From the NCBI GenBank assembly GCA_965205215.1, contig OZ242041.1, forward strand, positions 256,001 to 320,000: a DNA stretch of 64,000 nucleotides. The letters are read 5' to 3'. Numbering within the stretch: position 1 is the first letter of the stretch; every line of letters starts with the position of its first letter. Below, one piece after another: positions 59,733 to 64,000 of the stretch. The translations under genes were made by a program, and so were the position numbers. This stretch comes from Nitrosopumilus sp. (lineage in GTDB: Archaea; Thermoproteota; Nitrososphaeria; Nitrososphaerales; Nitrosopumilaceae). The notes beneath the pieces are model-generated. The model ran no database searches. It was not told where the DNA came from and worked only from the letters and a program-made list of their open reading frames with translations.

Positions 59733-60424
59733 CGGGAGGACGGCGCGGTATGGCGGAGAGGATACCTAGGATCGGAATAGGCGGGCCCGTGGGCTCCGGA
59801 AAGAGCATGCTGATTGAGCGCGTGGTGCCCGTGCTGGCGGGCCGCGGATACAGCGTGAGCATAATATCAAACGACGTCATATCAAAGGAGGACGCGGACC
59901 GCATGAGATCCAACCTGGCCACGGAGCGCGGCCTGCTGCCGGAGAACTTGGTCGTGGGGCTGGCGACTGGCGGGTGCCCGCACACGGCCGTGAGGGAGGA
60001 TCCGTCAATGAACATATCGGTAATAGAGGACATTGAAAGGGAGCACCCCGAGCTGGACCTCATAATAATAGAGAGCGGCGGCGACAACATAACCACCACG
60101 TTCAGCCCGCTGCTTGCAGACTACTTCATCTACATCGTAGACGTGGCCGGCGGCGACAAGTATCCAAGGAAGGGCGGGCTTGGAATAACGAGCTGCGACC
60201 TGCTTGTGATAAACAAGACGGACCTGGCGCCCATGGTGGGCGCGGACCTGGAGGTGATGAGAACAGACGCCCTGAGAATCAGGGGCGCGGAAAAGCCGTT
60301 TGTCTTTGTCAACTGCATGGCCGACCGGGGCATACCGGAAGTGGCAGACCTGATAGTAAGAAACCTGCTATTCGGGGAGCCCCCGAAGAGCCGCGCCGCA
60401 AAGGTGGGGGAAGTGCAGCAGTGA
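59729..60424 (+). CDS. ureG: Urease accessory GTPase UreG
   Basis: GPVGSGKS, TGGCPH, ESGGDN, NKTD. Confidence 0.97.
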   Translation: MTGGRRGMAERIPRIGIGGPVGSGKSMLIERVVPVLAGRGYSVSIISNDVISKEDADRMRSNLATERGLLPENLVVGLATGGCPHTAVREDPSMNISVIEDIEREHPELDLIIIESGGDNITTTFSPLLADYFIYIVDVAGGDKYPRKGGLGITSCDLLVINKTDLAPMVGADLEVMRTDALRIRGAEKPFVFVNCMADRGIPEVADLIVRNLLFGEPPKSRAAKVGEVQQ

Positions 60425-61506
60425 TGGGAACCGCGGCCGGCGCGGCAGCGGCGGCAGGAGGAGGAGTGGGAGCCGCGCCGCAAAGGTACGATGAGGAGGC
60501 TGCCGCGGACGTCATACCGCCCCACAGGACGGGCATGGAGGGGCGCCTGCACCTGTCGCTACTATACGACGGCGCCAGGACGATAATCGCGGGCCAGCGC
60601 GCAGAGCCGCCCCTGGCAGTACAGAGGGCGCTCTACTGCGAGCAGTCCCTGCCAGGCATGGCGTACGTGTATGTCACGTCCACGTCCGGCGGCATACTCC
60701 AGGGCGACAGGCACGTCACGAGGTTTGACCTGGGCGGCGGGGCGAGGGCCCACATCACGACGCAGGGGGCCACCAGAATATACGGGACAAGAGACTCGGC
60801 GCGTACAGAAAAGAAGCCGGCGGCGCGGGCGTCACTCCGCATGTCGCTGGGCGAGAGCTCGTATCTGGAGTACATGCCCGACCAGATAATCCCGTACGCG
60901 GGATCCAGGTTCCGGCAGGATGCGGTCATGTCCGTACACGAGACTGCAACCCTGGTGTACGCGGAGACCGTATCGCCCGGGCGCGTCGGAATGGGCGAGT
61001 CGTTTGAGTACGAGTCGTGCAGCCTGAGGATGCGCGTCACGGACCAGAACGGGAGGTTCAGGTTTGTGGATGCGGCAAGGATGGAGCCGCGAGTTGCGTC
61101 CTTGCAGTCATCGCCATCGGCATCATCGCAAACGGCATATTCTTTATCACCATCCTCACAACCATCAGATTCAACACAAGCATCGTCTTTACAGCCACAA
61201 TCCGCAGATGAGCCAGAACTGGACATAAAGTCGTTTGGAATAATGGAAGAATATGATGTAGTATCCTCGTTGTATGTAATTACAGAAAAAAAGCATGTGG
61301 AAAGCCTGCAAAAAGGCATGGACGGCGCCATACTCCAGCACGGCGAGGTTGCAGGCGGCGCCACCGTAATGAGCGGCAACACTGGGGTGATGGCAAGGCT
61401 GCTCGGGCGCGACACCGAGTCCGTAGGATCCGCAGTAACGGAGGCCGCCGCTTACGCAAGAAAGGTTGTTCTGGGCGCCCCCTTTACCGGCATCAGAAAG
61501 AGCTGA
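60421..61506 (+). CDS. ureD: Urease accessory protein UreD
   Basis: SGGILQGD, TTQGATRIY, LEYMPDQIIP, PGR..MGESF. Confidence 0.93.
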   Translation: MMGTAAGAAAAAGGGVGAAPQRYDEEAAADVIPPHRTGMEGRLHLSLLYDGARTIIAGQRAEPPLAVQRALYCEQSLPGMAYVYVTSTSGGILQGDRHVTRFDLGGGARAHITTQGATRIYGTRDSARTEKKPAARASLRMSLGESSYLEYMPDQIIPYAGSRFRQDAVMSVHETATLVYAETVSPGRVGMGESFEYESCSLRMRVTDQNGRFRFVDAARMEPRVASLQSSPSASSQTAYSLSPSSQPSDSTQASSLQPQSADEPELDIKSFGIMEEYDVVSSLYVITEKKHVESLQKGMDGAILQHGEVAGGATVMSGNTGVMARLLGRDTESVGSAVTEAAAYARKVVLGAPFTGIRKS

Positions 61507-61562
61507 CTGTGTTGACGGCGCGACATGCAATATGACGGACGGCGGGGCCGCACCCACGCCGC

Positions 61563-64000
61563 CTACTGTATCTGTCTGACCGCGGTGGCCCCGGATGACT
61601 TTTCAATCTTGAAGACGTGCTCTGCGTGCGCTACCATCTCGTCGTCGTGGGAGACCAGTATGATCTGCTCCGAGTTCAACCCGTCGAGCAGCTCCTTTAC
61701 GTGTCCCAGCTGTCCCTTGGAGAGCCCGTCGGTAGGCTCGTCGAGTATCAGCAGGCTCGACTCCAGGCTCCCGGCCTCCTTCCTCACCATGTGGTTGAGG
61801 GCCAGTCGGTAGGAGAGCGCCACGCTTGTCTTCTCGCCGCCGCTCAGGTACTCCACGCTCTGCACGTACCCGTCCTGCTCCACTATGGGCGCAAACTCCT
61901 CGTCTATGTAGGAGTCCTTTGTCGGGTCGTCTATCAGTTTGGCATGCCACGTACGGTACGACTCGTTGAACGTCCGTTGCAGTGTCAGCAGGACCGTCTT
62001 CTCTATCTGGGACACGGTGGGGGTGAAAAAGTCCGACAGCCAGTTCATGCAGGCGGTGTATCTCACGTGCCTTTCTTCAAGGCGCTCTGCCTCCGCAACG
62101 TCGGCCCCCAGCCGCGACACGGCCCGGTTTGCGTTCTCCAAGTCCGCTTTTTTTGCGGCGAGCTTTTCGCGCACGTCGGCAAGCGATCGGCGCGCGTCGT
62201 CGAGTCTTGCCTTTGCGGCCGACGCGGCCTCGTCGTCGCCCTTGTATGACTCGAGTGTTGCAGAGACCCTGCTGAGCTCCGACTCGAAGCCGCGCGTGCG
62301 CTCCAGCGAATTTTCCATCTCCGCGCGGTCGCTTTTGTCGGCCGCCTCCAGGCGCTTGAGCTCGTCGGCGATGTCGGCCGCGCGCCTCCTGTTGTTCTCG
62401 TACTCGACAAGGGCGTCCTTTAGCGCCGAGAGGTACTCGGCCGGTGTCTGCGTGCGGCCGGAGTCGGCGGGGAATCCTGGCTCCGGTGACACCGCGTTCT
62501 TTGCGTCAAGCGACTTCAAGCTGGCCTGGAGCCGCGCCAGTTCGGAGCCAAGCCGCCGGTGTTCCTCCGCGTCCGGTATCATAACCTGCAGCGAGGCCAG
62601 CGTACTTTTGAGCCTCTCCGCGTCGGCCTCCGCGTCCCGAATCCGGTCTGACTCGGCCTTGTACTTTACGTCTAGCGCGCTCTTCCTTGACCGGGCGGCG
62701 GCCATCGCCTTGCGCCTCTCCTCTCCCTGCCGGGCTATGTGCTCCTTTGTCAGCTTGTGTCCACACAGGCTGCACCTTGCCCCGAGCTTTTGAAGTGACG
62801 CAACGTCCTCGTTCAGCCTGTCCTCCTCGACGGCGGCCGCCGTCCTTGCGGCGTTGGTGTCCTCGCGCGCGCGGCGCATGTCATCCAGCGTTCTTGTGCG
62901 CGAGCCAAGCTCCGACTCGCACCTGTCGGCCTCCTCCCTTATGGCGCCCGCATCCGTTCTTCCCTGCAGCTTTGCCCGCAGCGCGTCGATCCGCCCGGCC
63001 ACCGAGCTGGCGTCGGCGCGTGCCCTTATGATCTCCTCGCCGAGCGCCTCGAACCGCGCGATCTCCTCGCGTATCTGCTCCATGGTGCGCCCCGTGGGAC
63101 TCTGGATCCTTGAGATCGCGACGGACTCGGCCCTGACAGAGTCCATGCGGTCCCGGTTCTCCTCCATCCTCCTCTTGCATTCCGCGCGCATGTGCTCTTC
63201 CCCGTCCAGCCGGGAGCGGATGCCGGCATACCTTACGTCGAGCGCGTTCTTATCGGCCATTCGGCCCTCGTACCGCGATACCTCGTCCCTTGCAGTCTTC
63301 TCCAGTACCCCTAGGTCTCGTTCTGCCTCGGATCCGGCAGATATCTCGGCCGTGATGTCACGGATGTTCCGCTCCGTGTCCGCAAGCTCCGACCTCTTGT
63401 CGCCCAGATCCTCGAACTTTGCCTCCAGTCTGTTTGCCTCGTCGCGCATCCTTTGTCTGAGAAAATTCGCGTTCTCCACGGCCGTCTGGTACTCTTCCAT
63501 GCGGAATATCTTGCGTATGGTCTCGAGGCGCTTGTCCGTATCCCACAGTATGGACTTCATCTCGTCCTGCGGGGTGAACACGGCATACCGGTATATGCGG
63601 CTCTTGGCGTTGGAGCTGGACGGCTCGTTGAGCCTCAGGATCTCCAGGATGCGCCCGTCCAGCTGCTTCGTGGTGAGAGGCTCGAGCACGTTGTCTGCGC
63701 GGAGGTACGAGCCCTTGGGGTCCTGCGCGATCTTCCCGCGGGCCCGCCTGAGCGTCCTGCCCACCTCGTACTTGGTGTCGCCGACGTGGAACGTAAGCAT
63801 TATCTCGCCGGAGTCCGCGCCCTTTGAGAGAAGGCTCTCCCCCTTGACGGATCCGCTACCGAACAGTGCAAACTCGATCCCCATCAGTATGGTGGACTTG
63901 CCAGAGCCGATGTCGCCGCTGAATATGGTGATGCCCGTAGGGAACTTTATCTCGGTGTCGCGGTGGCTCCGGATGTTGGTCAGCGTGAGCGAGTCGAGAA
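61563..64000 (-). CDS. rad50: Rad50/SbcC SMC-like ATPase (start just beyond window)
   Basis: NIRSH, Walker A GDIGSGKST, coiled coil with CSLC zinc hook, LSGGEK, LILDEPT. Confidence 0.92.
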   Translation of the reverse strand, partial: LDSLTLTNIRSHRDTEIKFPTGITIFSGDIGSGKSTILMGIEFALFGSGSVKGESLLSKGADSGEIMLTFHVGDTKYEVGRTLRRARGKIAQDPKGSYLRADNVLEPLTTKQLDGRILEILRLNEPSSSNAKSRIYRYAVFTPQDEMKSILWDTDKRLETIRKIFRMEEYQTAVENANFLRQRMRDEANRLEAKFEDLGDKRSELADTERNIRDITAEISAGSEAERDLGVLEKTARDEVSRYEGRMADKNALDVRYAGIRSRLDGEEHMRAECKRRMEENRDRMDSVRAESVAISRIQSPTGRTMEQIREEIARFEALGEEIIRARADASSVAGRIDALRAKLQGRTDAGAIREEADRCESELGSRTRTLDDMRRAREDTNAARTAAAVEEDRLNEDVASLQKLGARCSLCGHKLTKEHIARQGEERRKAMAAARSRKSALDVKYKAESDRIRDAEADAERLKSTLASLQVMIPDAEEHRRLGSELARLQASLKSLDAKNAVSPEPGFPADSGRTQTPAEYLSALKDALVEYENNRRRAADIADELKRLEAADKSDRAEMENSLERTRGFESELSRVSATLESYKGDDEAASAAKARLDDARRSLADVREKLAAKKADLENANRAVSRLGADVAEAERLEERHVRYTACMNWLSDFFTPTVSQIEKTVLLTLQRTFNESYRTWHAKLIDDPTKDSYIDEEFAPIVEQDGYVQSVEYLSGGEKTSVALSYRLALNHMVRKEAGSLESSLLILDEPTDGLSKGQLGHVKELLDGLNSEQIILVSHDDEMVAHAEHVFKIEKSSGATAVRQIQ

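Overview
This is a high-GC archaeal genome segment of an ammonia-oxidising thaumarchaeon (Nitrosopumilaceae-like). The evidence is PEFG-CTERM and CFI-box-CTERM proteins, a split A-type ATP synthase locus with amt, GatDE, Cdc48, pelota and an archaeal SRP RNA. High GC and many low-complexity insertions suggest a host-associated, Cenarchaeum-like lineage (inference). From left to right: (1) a metal-acquisition cluster with a CopC-CopD-propeller fusion, znuA-znuB-znuC-znuA carrying expanded His/Asp/Met tandem repeats, a non-canonical NikR-family regulator and a PEFG protein; (2) housekeeping genes pyrBI, atpK/D/B/A/E/I/C, rhodanese, amt, a DtxR-family regulator, pelA, cutA, rpl2, acyP, SRP RNA, ttuA and a site-2 protease; (3) a small insertion with a secreted non-canonical vanadium-haloperoxidase-like gene and a decayed IS5-type transposase; (4) cdc48 and gatDE; (5) an ~18 kb organic-nitrogen/nickel island; (6) partial rad50. 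The island holds a divergent, apparently ATP-hydrolysis-defective chaperonin with a His-rich tail, a second sodium:solute symporter, a triple RHH-like protein, a TPR protein, a coupled operon of ureohydrolase + urease-gamma paralogue + UreH-type Ni transporter, a double zinc-finger membrane protein, DUR3 and the complete ureCBA/ureEFGD. It is the best candidate for an undescribed system: a guanidino-compound-to-urea-to-ammonia pathway with its own chaperonin-based metal delivery or assembly machinery. All calls come from motif recognition by eye; no searches were run.
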